Of a DNA stretch of 64,000 bases, positions 20,102 through 30,832 are shown one piece after another. Each line of letters opens with the position of its first letter. The first letter of the stretch is position 1. The stretch spans positions 32,001 to 96,000 of the forward strand of contig JBJOKS010000007.1 in assembly GCA_046045965.1 (NCBI GenBank), written 5' to 3'. The notes below the pieces were generated by a model, which was not told the DNA's origin, ran no database searches, and saw only the letters and a program-made list of their open reading frames with translations. This DNA comes from Cyanobacteriota bacterium (lineage in GTDB: Bacteria > Cyanobacteriota > Cyanobacteriia > Cyanobacteriales > Nostocaceae). The translations under genes and the position numbers were made by a program.

Positions 20102-20193
20102 CTATAATAGCCTGGATATTGTTGATAAGTGTTGACAACAATTTCTGACTAATCTTTTGTTGTTATTGTCCTTTGCAGTTTCATACTTCTACT

Positions 20194-21102
20194 ATGTCTA
20201 CTCAACGCATAATTCAAAGCATATATACCGATGGTGCTTGCACCGGCAACCCTGGTCCTGGTGGTTGGGGTGTTGTTGTTTACTTCAATGATGGTTCAAT
20301 TCACGAAATGGGGGACGCATCACAGCACACCACCAATAATAAAATGGAAATGCAAGCGGCGATCGCTGCCCTAGAATTCTTTACCACATCTGGACAAACT
20401 CAACCCATCACCCTTCACACTGATAGCGAATATCTCATTAACAGTGTTACCAAATGGATGCCAGGTTGGAAAAAGAAAGGCTGGAAAAAGTCAGATGGAA
20501 ACCCAGTCCAAAACCAAGACCTGTTAGAAATTCTCGATCAACTTAACAGCAAACTCGTAAAATGGCAGCACGTGCGCGGCCATTCTGGTAACATAGGTAA
20601 CGAAAGGTGTGATGTGATTGCTCGCTCCTTTGCCAGCGGACAAATTCCATCTCTTCAACAATTATCGCCTGTAAATCCTTACCCAACCTTAACTAACACA
20701 AACGAAATCAATGTAATAAAAGTATCTGATTCTCCATTAAACTCTACAAAAATTAACGAAAACATTTCGGAAAGCAGAACTTTTTCATCAGACATAACCA
20801 CTATGGAAACATCTACAGCGTCAGCTGGAACCACAAACGACGGAAAACCTCCTGAGATGAGGATTTTGCAACTCCGCAACTTGGTTGAAACTTTGCGAGT
20901 TGCTGACGAAATTGCCGAAAAAGGCTATTTAATCACTAGTTCCGAACTAGCAGATTTAATGGATGTCCACGCTAGTGCTGTCACCAGTCGGGGAGATCAG
21001 TGGCGTTGGCGAAATTGGATAGTTTCACGGGTACGACGTGAAGGTAATCAAATTCTTTGGGAACTTGAAAGAGGTGATCAAGTGGAAAATGATGCTGACT
21101 AA
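20194..21102 (+). CDS. rnhA: Ribonuclease HI with C-terminal extension
   Basis: YTDGACTGNPGPGGWG, TTNNKME, TDSEY, HVRGHSGNIGNERCD. Start at ATG 20194. Confidence 0.93.
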   Translation: MSTQRIIQSIYTDGACTGNPGPGGWGVVVYFNDGSIHEMGDASQHTTNNKMEMQAAIAALEFFTTSGQTQPITLHTDSEYLINSVTKWMPGWKKKGWKKSDGNPVQNQDLLEILDQLNSKLVKWQHVRGHSGNIGNERCDVIARSFASGQIPSLQQLSPVNPYPTLTNTNEINVIKVSDSPLNSTKINENISESRTFSSDITTMETSTASAGTTNDGKPPEMRILQLRNLVETLRVADEIAEKGYLITSSELADLMDVHASAVTSRGDQWRWRNWIVSRVRREGNQILWELERGDQVENDAD

Positions 21103-21112
21103 AGATAATTCA

Positions 21113-22951
21113 TTACCACTGAGGTGCAGACGCAAGTAAATCTACAATTGATTTGGCTGCTAAAGGTTTGGAAAATAGATAACCCTGACCAAAATCGCAG
21201 CCTAAATCTCTTAATTGAGCCAATTTTTCCGGTGTTTCTATACCTTCAGCGATCGCTTTCATTTCACTTGTATGTGCAAGGTTAATGATAGTGGCAATTA
21301 AACCTGTAGTTCTGGGATTTGATTCTAAAGTATTGATGAAACATTGATCAATTTTGAGGATATTCACCGGAAATCTATGCAAATAGCTTAAAGAAGAGTA
21401 TCCTGTGCCAAAATCATCAATAGATAATTGAATTTGGCATTTTCTCAGTTGTTGTAAAATTACTGCTGCGGCTTCACTATTTTCCATAATCGCACTTTCA
21501 GTAATTTCTAGTTTTAAGTTTTGTGGATTTAATTGATTTTCTCGCCAAGCTTGATCAATTATTGCTAATAAATTCGGCTGAGAAAATAATCTAACTGAAA
21601 GATTAACGCTCATGGAAATGTCTTCATCAATGACTTTTTGTTCTTGCCAGTTACGCAGTTGACGACAAGCTGTTTGTAATACCCAGGTATCTATAGCTGC
21701 AATTAAACCAGTTTCTTCTGCAATGGGAATAAAGTCCCCAGGAGAAACCATACCTAGCGTTGGATGTTGCCAGCGAACAAGGGCTTCAAATCCACTAATT
21801 CTACCTGTAGATAAACAAACTATTGGCTGATAATAAACGATAAATTCTTGGCGTTTAATTGCTCTTTTTAAATCATTTTCCAATTGTAAAAGTTTAATTG
21901 CTTCTTGATACATATCATGGGTAAAAACACAATATCTAGACTTACCTTGTGATTTAGCCCGATACATTGCCGTATCAGCATCTCGCAGTAATTCTTGAGG
22001 ATTATGATAATTTTTATTACCTAAAACAATGCCGATACTCGCACTAATAAATACCTCAGTTCTAGATAATTTAAAAGGGCTAGAAAGTTCTTTTAAAATC
22101 GTGTCTGCGACTATTTTTGCATAGCTAATATCTGTAACTTTATCTAAGAAAATAGCAAATTCATCACCACCTAATCTAGCGAGAATGTCACTATCTCTCA
22201 TTAAATTTTGCAATCTCTTACCAATAGCAATCAATAATTCATCTCCTACCAAATGTCCCAGAGAATCATTAATAATTTTAAAGCGATCGCAATCTAAAAA
22301 TAAAATAGCAAACTGATAATCCGATTCAACTTGAGCCAGCTTAAGTGCCTTATCTAAACCTTCCATAAATAAAGTACGATTAGATAAATTAGTCAGTGGA
22401 TCATGTAAAGCTCTATGTAATAGTTGACTTTGTAATTGTTGCCGTTCGTATAGTTCTCGCTTCAGTTCTTGATTAGCTAATTCTAGCTGCAAAGTGCGCT
22501 CTTTAACTCTTTCCTCTAATTCTATATTTAGATTTAAAATTTTTTGTTCTGCGTCTCGCAGTGATAGTTGATTTTTGACGCGAATTAAAACTTCTTCCCC
22601 GTGAAATGGTTTGGTAATATAGTCAACACCACCAACTTCAAAAGCTTTAACTTTATCTAAAACATCATCTATAGCACTTAAGAATATGACGGGAATTTTT
22701 TTAGTATGTTCATTAGACTTTAATAACTGACAAACTTCATATCCATTCATTTCTGGCATCAGAATGTCCAATAAAATTAAATCTGGTAAAAGATTTTGAC
22801 AAGCTGTTATAGCCATTTGCCCATCTAAAGCTTTGCGAACAGAATAACCCTGTTCACTTAAAATTGTGGCTAAAAACCGTAAGTTATCTGGTGTATCATC
22901 AACTATGAGAATATCTTTTTTATCAGTGTTAAAATTAGATGTTTTACTCAT
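21113..22951 (-). CDS. REC-GGDEF-EAL response regulator
   Basis: ILIVDD...LLDILMP...[26 protein letters not shown]. Overlaps the upstream kinase stop. Confidence 0.93.
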   Translation of the reverse strand: MSKTSNFNTDKKDILIVDDTPDNLRFLATILSEQGYSVRKALDGQMAITACQNLLPDLILLDILMPEMNGYEVCQLLKSNEHTKKIPVIFLSAIDDVLDKVKAFEVGGVDYITKPFHGEEVLIRVKNQLSLRDAEQKILNLNIELEERVKERTLQLELANQELKRELYERQQLQSQLLHRALHDPLTNLSNRTLFMEGLDKALKLAQVESDYQFAILFLDCDRFKIINDSLGHLVGDELLIAIGKRLQNLMRDSDILARLGGDEFAIFLDKVTDISYAKIVADTILKELSSPFKLSRTEVFISASIGIVLGNKNYHNPQELLRDADTAMYRAKSQGKSRYCVFTHDMYQEAIKLLQLENDLKRAIKRQEFIVYYQPIVCLSTGRISGFEALVRWQHPTLGMVSPGDFIPIAEETGLIAAIDTWVLQTACRQLRNWQEQKVIDEDISMSVNLSVRLFSQPNLLAIIDQAWRENQLNPQNLKLEITESAIMENSEAAAVILQQLRKCQIQLSIDDFGTGYSSLSYLHRFPVNILKIDQCFINTLESNPRTTGLIATIINLAHTSEMKAIAEGIETPEKLAQLRDLGCDFGQGYLFSKPLAAKSIVDLLASAPQW

Positions 22952-25682
22952 CGTTAGTTTGGGTCAACTGCATAATTTTTTTGAATTGGAAATTTAGTGT
23001 TAATTCCCTAATAGTATTAGCTAAAATTTCATTTTCTGGAGTTACTTGGGCAATTAATTCTAAAATACTTTCATCGCTACATTGAGCAGCAGCAGTATTT
23101 AACTGTCTCCGCCATTCATCGGACATTGTTAATAATAGAGCAACTAATTCTGATTCGGAGATTTTTGGATGATTTTGAGTGGGAGAGTTTAGTTCATTAC
23201 TATGCTCTTCATAGATATATTGTACTTCTAGATGTTGGCTAATTTTCTCTAATAAAATTGCTTCTCGAAAAGGTTTAGAGACAAAATCATCACAACCACA
23301 AGCTAAAATAGCTTGGCGATTTTCATCAAAAGCACTGGCAGTTAAAGCGACAATTTTAGTAGCTTGACCTTGAGGTGTAGCTTTAATCTTTTGTGTAGCT
23401 ACAAAACCATCCATTACAGGCATTCGCATATCCATAAAAATTAAATGTGGCTGCCAAGTTTGCCAACAATTCACTGCTTCTTGTCCATTTGTAGCTTCAC
23501 GGATACTAAAACCAATGGCTGTCAGTAATTTCGTTAATAATAGACGACTATCTTTCACATCATCAACAATTAAAATTCGATATTCGGGTTGATTAGGTGC
23601 TAAAGTAACGGCTGTATAATTTAAATATTTGATGGGAAGTTCGTTAGCATTAGCTTCATGAATTGGAATCTCAAAAGTAAATAAACTACCATTACCTAGA
23701 CGACTGCTAACTTTAATATCTCCTCCCATTAGTTTTACATATTTGCGACTAATAGCTAAACCTAATCCTGTGCCTTGTTTATATTGACTACCTTTAGCTG
23801 TTTGTTTAAAAGGTTCAAATATTAATTTAATTTCTTCAGCATCAATACCACAGCCAGTATCTTCTATTTCAAAAATCATTTGGTAATCCGCAATTGGTAA
23901 TAAAGTTTCTGTGTTTTCTTGTTGCTCAATTTTCACAGCTTTAATTCTCAATTTTACCATACCTTTTTCAGTAAATTTGATGGCATTTCCTAGTAGATTG
24001 AGTAAAATTTGTCGCAATTTACCTTCATCTGTACACACATAGTTAGGTATGTATTTATCATAGTTAAATATAAATTGCAAGCCTTTAGATTCGGCTCTTA
24101 ATTGCAGCATTTTGTATAAACTATCAAGAAAAGCCATTAAATCAAAGCTGTTTTCATGAACTGTAGTTCTGCCAGCCTCAATTTTTGACACTTCTAAAAT
24201 ATCATTAATCAGTGTCAGCAAATGTTCACCAGCACGATTAATAATTCCTATTTCTTCATGATGTTCTGTAGATAAGGAACGATCACGACTCATGATTTGT
24301 GTAAAACCAAGGATAGCATTGAGTGGAGTTCTCAATTCATGACTCATATTCGCCAAAAATTCTGATTTAGCACGGTTGGCTGCATCTGCGGCTAATAATG
24401 CCTGTTGTAGTTCTATTGATTGTTTTTGAGTCCGTTCAAGTAATTCAGCTTGTTGCAAAGCGACTCCCAACTGATTACCAATTTGCACAACTATATTGAT
24501 TTCGGCTTCCTTCCATTGTCGGGGAGTAGAATTTTGATAAATTGCCAATAATCCCCAAAGTTTCTTGTTAGAAAAAATCGGTACGATAATATAGGCTCTC
24601 GCCTGAAATTGCTGCAATAGTTTAACATAACAATCATCAAATCCAGCCTGATAAATATCCTCTACAATTCGGTAACTTGTGCCTTGGCTATAAAGACCAC
24701 CTTGAGTTTTTTGTAGATAAGTATCTTGTACTAATAACGAATTTTGAGTAAAATTATCATCTTCATTTTTGCTATCAAAATATTTAACAGTACATCGCTC
24801 ATTTGAAAGTGCATTTTCTTGTAATTTGGGATTATTATTTTGTTCTTCCCAGAGAGATATCCACCCACTACCTACAGACTCGGCGACAAATTTTCCACTC
24901 CAGTCAGAATTGAAACTATAAACCACGACGCGATCGCAACGGATAACTTGCCTTAATTCTGAGGTTGTAGCAGTAAAGATGGTTTTAATATCTAATGTTT
25001 GCCGCATCCGATGAATTGCTGTAGCTAATGCTTTTTCTCGTTCCGCACTCTCTCGTAATGCGGCTTGTGCTTCTCTGTCTGGAGTGATATTACTAAAAGT
25101 GCAAACTAATCGCTCTAATTTTTGATGTTCAGATAATTGGGGATCAATATTTAATAATAACCACAGTTTATCTGTTGTCGAATTGCGAGATAGACCAATG
25201 ATATAGTTACGTACAGGTTGCCGTTTGATGATCACTTCTCTGATGGGTAAACTTTTGGCAGTTAATGGTTTACCATCTTCATCTAACATCTGCCAATTGA
25301 GTGCAAAAACACTTTTATTTTTTAAATCATCATCTGTCAGTAACAGGAGTTCTCTGGCAACGTGATTACTCAAAATTATTTTGCCATCAGCATCCAAAAG
25401 CAATACACCTACAGGCATTTCCTGAATTAGTAACCGAAACAATTTTTCACTTTCTTGTAATGCTTCTTGTCGGACTAATTGCTCTGCATATTGCCGAGCT
25501 AAAATTGAGGTGACTAAAGTAACAACCAGTATAAATACAATGGTAATACTGTTTTGAATTCCTATCTGGAAATTTGGCGATCGCTCATCTGTGGTCAATA
25601 CAAAAAACTGTATCAACCAAATTCCAGTTATAATTGGTTCATAACTGCCAGAAATTATTTCATACATAGGAAAATCAGGCAC
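22944..25682 (-). CDS. Hybrid histidine kinase (TM-PAS-CBCR GAF-HisKA-HATPase-REC)
   Basis: [30 protein letters not shown], receiver DMRMP; GAF with DTYLQ...DCY and an inserted Cys loop. Confidence 0.92.
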   Translation of the reverse strand: MPDFPMYEIISGSYEPIITGIWLIQFFVLTTDERSPNFQIGIQNSITIVFILVVTLVTSILARQYAEQLVRQEALQESEKLFRLLIQEMPVGVLLLDADGKIILSNHVARELLLLTDDDLKNKSVFALNWQMLDEDGKPLTAKSLPIREVIIKRQPVRNYIIGLSRNSTTDKLWLLLNIDPQLSEHQKLERLVCTFSNITPDREAQAALRESAEREKALATAIHRMRQTLDIKTIFTATTSELRQVIRCDRVVVYSFNSDWSGKFVAESVGSGWISLWEEQNNNPKLQENALSNERCTVKYFDSKNEDDNFTQNSLLVQDTYLQKTQGGLYSQGTSYRIVEDIYQAGFDDCYVKLLQQFQARAYIIVPIFSNKKLWGLLAIYQNSTPRQWKEAEINIVVQIGNQLGVALQQAELLERTQKQSIELQQALLAADAANRAKSEFLANMSHELRTPLNAILGFTQIMSRDRSLSTEHHEEIGIINRAGEHLLTLINDILEVSKIEAGRTTVHENSFDLMAFLDSLYKMLQLRAESKGLQFIFNYDKYIPNYVCTDEGKLRQILLNLLGNAIKFTEKGMVKLRIKAVKIEQQENTETLLPIADYQMIFEIEDTGCGIDAEEIKLIFEPFKQTAKGSQYKQGTGLGLAISRKYVKLMGGDIKVSSRLGNGSLFTFEIPIHEANANELPIKYLNYTAVTLAPNQPEYRILIVDDVKDSRLLLTKLLTAIGFSIREATNGQEAVNCWQTWQPHLIFMDMRMPVMDGFVATQKIKATPQGQATKIVALTASAFDENRQAILACGCDDFVSKPFREAILLEKISQHLEVQYIYEEHSNELNSPTQNHPKISESELVALLLTMSDEWRRQLNTAAAQCSDESILELIAQVTPENEILANTIRELTLNFQFKKIMQLTQTNDE

Positions 25683-25733
25683 TAGCTAGAGAAGTGCAAA
25701 TGTTATAAAAATTATTACAGGGATAGCTAATAG

Positions 25734-26933
25734 TTAGGAATCAATATTATACTTCCTTCCTCGCCATTCTCTTGGTGTGCGGAGCGCAGATAAAAATATT
25801 CGCAACACCGCCACAGGATCAGCTAATGGAGAAAGCCAGAACAACCAACTACCCTGGGCATTTTTACGGTCATAGGAAGGCGCGATCGCCAATAATAAAG
25901 CAAAGCGAATGATCAATAAAAATATATTCAGTCCTAATAAAAGGCGCAGGGGGAGCAGGGGAGGCAGAGGGAGTAGGGGGAGAAAAGCAAGTAAGATCAA
26001 TATGGGTAAACCTTGTACTGATGAAAGTAACCATAAATCACCCCAAATTTGAGCGCGGTTAGACGCATCCTTTAAATCAAGACTACGCCCCCATTCTTTC
26101 CAAGTTTCCATTGCTCCTTCATACATCCGCACCTTTAGCACCTTTGCTCCATCCAAAAACCCCACCTTAAAACCAGCAGCAGCAATATTTCGCGCCAAAG
26201 TCACATCATCACAAAAAGAACTTTTAGCACTGCTATAACCATCTACAGCTGCTAAAACCGAGCGCCGACATAAAAAACACTGTCCATTGGCCATCACCCT
26301 TTCCGGCTGTTCCGTATGAATACCCGCAGGATCAAACCTATACAACAACGTCATCAACAAAGCCGGTTGTAACCAACATTCCCCCGGATACTTAAGAATA
26401 AACTGAGGAGAAAGGGAAACTAAATCATAACCTTCTGTTTGGGCTGTTTTCACTAAACTTGCCACCAAACCAGGATGGGGTTGAATATCGGCATCCATCC
26501 CCAAAAACCACTCACTGTCTGGGGAAGTAAACAAAAAGCCATTATGTAGCGCCCAAGGACGACCCACCCAACCAGGAGGTAAAGGATCATCCGTCATCAC
26601 TCTAAACCGGGGGTCCTGTTGCTGTGCAGTCTTTACCAAGTCGGGAGTACCATCTTGGGATCTGCTATCGACAACAATTACTTCTCTGACTTCATAGCTT
26701 TGGCAGCTTAACCCAGCTAACAACGGACTAATACGTAATGCTTCATTCAAAGTGGGAACAACCACACTCACACTACCCAAGATATCAGGGGTTGGTTGTT
26801 GTGGTTTCAGGGGCGGATGTCGTCTGGGTCCTTTGAGCAGCCGTGACAATAAAATTGCTGTTGCAGGTACTTGAATAAGTAGTAAAAGGAGAGAAAGAGA
26901 GCTTTGGATAATCAAGATATTTAGTAGATGCAA
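25734..26933 (-). CDS. cruG: Carotenoid 2'-O-glycosyltransferase (GT2)
   Basis: GT2 motifs VPTLNE, GWVGRPWAL, DAD, ANGQC, CDDVTLAR; next to cruF. Confidence 0.85.
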   Translation of the reverse strand: MHLLNILIIQSSLSLLLLLIQVPATAILLSRLLKGPRRHPPLKPQQPTPDILGSVSVVVPTLNEALRISPLLAGLSCQSYEVREVIVVDSRSQDGTPDLVKTAQQQDPRFRVMTDDPLPPGWVGRPWALHNGFLFTSPDSEWFLGMDADIQPHPGLVASLVKTAQTEGYDLVSLSPQFILKYPGECWLQPALLMTLLYRFDPAGIHTEQPERVMANGQCFLCRRSVLAAVDGYSSAKSSFCDDVTLARNIAAAGFKVGFLDGAKVLKVRMYEGAMETWKEWGRSLDLKDASNRAQIWGDLWLLSSVQGLPILILLAFLPLLPLPPLLPLRLLLGLNIFLLIIRFALLLAIAPSYDRKNAQGSWLFWLSPLADPVAVLRIFLSALRTPREWRGRKYNIDS

Positions 26934-27061
26934 TAGATACTATAGATAGTATAAATTATTTAATTTTCTCACAATTGGGACACGGCTTTCTCATTCTTAA
27001 CCACGAATTATTTAATAGTGCTGAGTATAATATATAATTAGTTGACTCAGCACTACCGGGG

Positions 27062-27970
27062 TTACTTGAAAGCAACTTTAACGCCAGCAACGGAAACTTC
27101 CTTGGTTGCTGCTTCAACAGCTACAGGAGTTGCAGCGATAGGTCCTCTCAACCACAGTGCTACCGCTGGTGCAACGCCAAGTAGCACACCTAGCAATACA
27201 GGGATAGAGAAGCCAGCAGCCAAGCTCATCACTGTCGCAAAACCAAAGTTACCCAAATACACTATCAAAGGGATATTGAGTTGCGATCGCTCTAATTGAA
27301 TGGGGTTATTTCTCCATAACAGCGCCGCCACTGTCATAAATACTGAACCAGTACCCATCCAGCCGGCAAAGTTTTGGTAAGGCATCCCGAAGAAAGCTCC
27401 TGGTTGTTGCCAATACCAGAAGGGAAGAGAAGTTTGGCTCATAGCTGGATCAAGTACAAAGTCCCAAGAAGTGAGCAGTAAAGCACCGAGAGCGATCGCA
27501 CCTAAATGACGTACTAAGCTGGGTTTTTTATCTACCTCTAAACCAACACGCGCCAACAGATAGGAAACAAATCCTACATAAAACCAGGACAAGGGAATTG
27601 TAAACGGTACTAAACCCGCAATTTTATAACCCAAGCCACTCAAATAGCTGTAATGACCAAAAGGAAAACCTGTGCTAGTTCCCAGTAACTCACTTGTTAA
27701 AGAAATGGACACAGAAGGAACAAGAAAACACAAAGCCCGTCCCAAACCCAAAGTGCGGTAAGCATACAGGAACACACCCACTGCACCCAAAATCATATAA
27801 GCCACGCCGCCACCTGCCATGCTCCACTGCATGACAGTCTGACCAACCTCAGATAAGCTCAAAATTACTGCGGCATTAGGAATAACCAATAATATCCCTA
27901 CCAGTCCAAACACCATAGACACGATATGACCAATCAGGCATACGCGCTCAATGATAAAAAGTTGTCTCAT
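27062..27970 (-). CDS. cruF: Carotenoid 1,2-hydratase / gamma-carotene 1'-hydroxylase
   Basis: ELLGTSTGFPFGHY, VPFTIPLSW, WDFVLDPAM, GMPYQNFAGW. Confidence 0.9.
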   Translation of the reverse strand: MRQLFIIERVCLIGHIVSMVFGLVGILLVIPNAAVILSLSEVGQTVMQWSMAGGGVAYMILGAVGVFLYAYRTLGLGRALCFLVPSVSISLTSELLGTSTGFPFGHYSYLSGLGYKIAGLVPFTIPLSWFYVGFVSYLLARVGLEVDKKPSLVRHLGAIALGALLLTSWDFVLDPAMSQTSLPFWYWQQPGAFFGMPYQNFAGWMGTGSVFMTVAALLWRNNPIQLERSQLNIPLIVYLGNFGFATVMSLAAGFSIPVLLGVLLGVAPAVALWLRGPIAATPVAVEAATKEVSVAGVKVAFK

Positions 27971-28218
27971 GATCAGTCCTTAACCTTCCTAAAATGTGAC
28001 ACGCGGCTACTCGACTGCTAATAGTTTACAAATGTTTAAGATCATAATTTAACTAATTTTTACCAAAAAATCCGGGAAGATTGAAAGTTAATTCGTTTCC
28101 GAGTTGAAAAAAAGTATAAATACTCAGAAGGCAGGAGGCAGGAGGCAGAAGGCAAAAGGCAGAAGGCAGGAAGTAATATATTATTCTCCTCTATTCCTGA
28201 TTCCCAATTCCCACTCTT

Positions 28219-28644
28219 ATGCCGATCTTGCAAAGAATTCCTTGGTTTTCCCTAACACTCTTGCTTCTCAGTTATAGTACCTTGGGCTGGGTGATATCCG
28301 AAACCAAACCCCCCTGGTTTGTGTGGGTAATACTTGTATTTGCTATCTTGCTGCTACTAGCCAGCTTGACTACTCCCTGGTCAAAAATAGCAGAGTATTA
28401 CAGCATCTTATTTCAATCCAATCTCAGGAGTTTTGGTATCACTGTTTTAGCGGCCTTCCTCTTCTTTTTAATGCTCTCTTGGTTTCGGGTCTTTCTGGAT
28501 ACTTTACTCATGATTTCAGCGACCATCTTAGCCAAGATAGACTTTCAGGCGGCTGAGTTCAAAGCAGGGTTAACTTTTTGGGTTACTTCTTTTTTTGCAC
28601 TCTCAGGTTTAGCCGCAGGAGCTTTATTTTCCAGGTTTATATAG
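28219..28644 (+). CDS. Hypothetical membrane protein
   Basis: 141 aa with four to five hydrophobic segments. Confidence 0.72.
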   Translation: MPILQRIPWFSLTLLLLSYSTLGWVISETKPPWFVWVILVFAILLLLASLTTPWSKIAEYYSILFQSNLRSFGITVLAAFLFFLMLSWFRVFLDTLLMISATILAKIDFQAAEFKAGLTFWVTSFFALSGLAAGALFSRFI

Positions 28645-28713
28645 GTTTCTTTGTGGTAATTCATAATTCACAATTAATTCTTCAATTATGAATTATGAAT
28701 TAGTAATTATGAA

Positions 28714-28992
28714 TTAACTTGCTACTGCTTCAGCAGCAACAGGTGGATAAACGCTGACTTTTTTGCGGGTTTTGCCATTTCTTTCAAAAGTCACAACACC
28801 GTCAACTAACGCAAACAAGGTGTCATCACTACCGATACCCACATTATTGCCGGGGTGAAACTTAGTACCACGCTGACGTACAAGAATGTTTCCTGCACGC
28901 ACAACTTGACCACCAAAACGCTTTACACCAAGGCGTTGAGCATTAGAGTCACGACCGTTACGTGTACTACCCGTTCCTTTCTTATGAGCCAT
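28714..28992 (-). CDS. rpmA: 50S ribosomal protein L27
   Basis: [24 protein letters not shown]. Confidence 0.98.
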   Translation of the reverse strand: MAHKKGTGSTRNGRDSNAQRLGVKRFGGQVVRAGNILVRQRGTKFHPGNNVGIGSDDTLFALVDGVVTFERNGKTRKKVSVYPPVAAEAVAS

Positions 28993-29024
28993 GATTTCCT
29001 CTTAAATTTATCTACTTTTGTTTA

Positions 29025-29432
29025 TTATTCAGCAGCAGCTTCTTCAGCAGGACTGTTATCCACAACATTGGGACTTTCTGGAGAAATTGGTGCTTCTTGA
29101 TAAGCCAAAACCTCACCATTGAGGTTGATGGAATTAATCAAAAGTCTGGTAGTTTCCTGGCGATGTCCCCGTTTTTTGCGGGTTTTCTTCTTGGGTTTCA
29201 TTTTGTAGACCAGGACTTTACGACCTCTAAAGTGCCGCATCACCGTCCCTTCTACAGTTGCACCTGCCACTCGTGGCTGCCCTATAGAGACTCCGCCCTC
29301 GTGCTGCACCAGTAATACTGCGTCTATTGTAACTTTTTCATCTGGTTCGGTACTCAGCAGTTCAATGTCGTAAAACCGACCTGCTTCGACTTTTATTTGT
29401 TTACCACCAGTTTCAATAATTGCGTAGGTCAT
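29025..29432 (-). CDS. rplU: 50S ribosomal protein L21
   Basis: [17 protein letters not shown]; upstream of rpmA. Confidence 0.98.
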   Translation of the reverse strand: MTYAIIETGGKQIKVEAGRFYDIELLSTEPDEKVTIDAVLLVQHEGGVSIGQPRVAGATVEGTVMRHFRGRKVLVYKMKPKKKTRKKRGHRQETTRLLINSINLNGEVLAYQEAPISPESPNVVDNSPAEEAAAE

Positions 29433-29448
29433 GAAATTGTCCTTGAAG

Positions 29449-29540
29449 TTGCCGTACAGGTAGCTGGCTTTAATCTCCTGTAGAGACTTGATTTATAGCT
29501 TTTGCCAGCTTTTGCAGTATGTCTACCTGATCCGAGCAGG
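29449..29540 (-). promoter_or_regulatory. Structured 5' leader of rplU-rpmA
   Basis: Complementary segments CAGGTAG/CTACCTG and AGCTGGC/GCCAGCT immediately upstream of the AAGGA RBS. Confidence 0.5.
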
Positions 29541-29702
29541 AATAAGACAGACAATCTAACATATTAGATTATTCAATGGGATTGAGTCAAGTTTTTTTTG
29601 TAAAGAATTTTCGGTAGTCGTCTTTACAATCAGAATTATGTGAAAAAATCTGTTACCATGAGTAATTTAAAAAAAATAAATAGGAGTGCTATTTAAGGTT
29701 TT

Positions 29703-30794
29703 ATGAAAAGAATTGAAGTTGAACAAAGAACGATTTTTATTGGTTTAGCAGGTAGTCACGGTTATGGTTTAAGTCGTCCTGATTCAGATTATGATTATCG
29801 GGGTGTATTTATTGCGCCTAAACGTTACTATTTGGGATTCGATAGCATAGAGCAAAAAGATAGCGGTTGGGATGAACCAGGTATATTTCCGTTTATAGAT
29901 GGTAATCAAGATACAGTTATTTATGAATTAAGGAAAGTTCTGCATTTATTAGCAGGTGCAAATCCCAATGTTTTAGAATTACTCTGGTTGCCCACCTATC
30001 CGATTTTAACAGATGTGGGACAGCATTTAATTAACCACAGAAAGCTATTTTTAAGTAAGAAAGTTAAACATACTTATTCCGGTTATGCTTTTGCACAAAT
30101 CAAAAAAATGGAAACCCATCGCAAATGGTTGTTAAACCCACCTGCGAAAAAACCCATACCGTCGGATTTTGGTATAGCAGATGAACCACCATTGAGCAAA
30201 GATGAACTCAATGCTTTTTTGGAATATCTTTATTTATTAATTAGGGGGAAAATTGAATTTTTAGAAGAAGCAGAACAGTTATACAAATTGCTGACAGCAG
30301 ATATTGATTTTAAAGGGATATTAAAACAATATGCTTTAGCTGATGAAACTTTGGCATATAGCCAAAATTTAACTAATAGTCGTAAAGACTTTATTCGCTT
30401 ACTGCAAAAAAGTCAAAGTTACCAAATTGCGTTAAGAGAATGGAAAGCTTATATATCTTGGCAGCAAAATAGAAATCCCGCTAGGGCTGAAATGGAAAGA
30501 AAGTCAGGTTATGACTTAAAACATGGAATGCACTGTATTAGATTACTGCGTAGTGGTTTAGAAATCTTGCAGAGAGGAGAAGTAATTGTAGATAGAAAAA
30601 TTGCAGGTGATGTGGATGATCTAAAAGCTATTCTCAGAGGAGAATATACCTATGAACAGTTGATGAAAATGGCGGAAGATTTAGTAGCTCAGATGGATAT
30701 TTTTTATCAACAATCAACCTTAGCACATAAACCTGATTTAGAAAAAATTAATGATTTGTGTATGGAATTAGTAGAAATGCAAGGATGGGAATAA
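29703..30794 (+). CDS. Pol-beta superfamily nucleotidyltransferase (RlaP/YcgL-like)
   Basis: GSHGYGLSRPDSDYDYRGVF, ANPNVLELL, YSGYA, YDLKHGMHCIRLL. Confidence 0.87.
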   Translation: MKRIEVEQRTIFIGLAGSHGYGLSRPDSDYDYRGVFIAPKRYYLGFDSIEQKDSGWDEPGIFPFIDGNQDTVIYELRKVLHLLAGANPNVLELLWLPTYPILTDVGQHLINHRKLFLSKKVKHTYSGYAFAQIKKMETHRKWLLNPPAKKPIPSDFGIADEPPLSKDELNAFLEYLYLLIRGKIEFLEEAEQLYKLLTADIDFKGILKQYALADETLAYSQNLTNSRKDFIRLLQKSQSYQIALREWKAYISWQQNRNPARAEMERKSGYDLKHGMHCIRLLRSGLEILQRGEVIVDRKIAGDVDDLKAILRGEYTYEQLMKMAEDLVAQMDIFYQQSTLAHKPDLEKINDLCMELVEMQGWE

Positions 30795-30832
30795 AGGAAG
30801 CATTCAGTGAAGAATAGCTATATCCTAGACTG

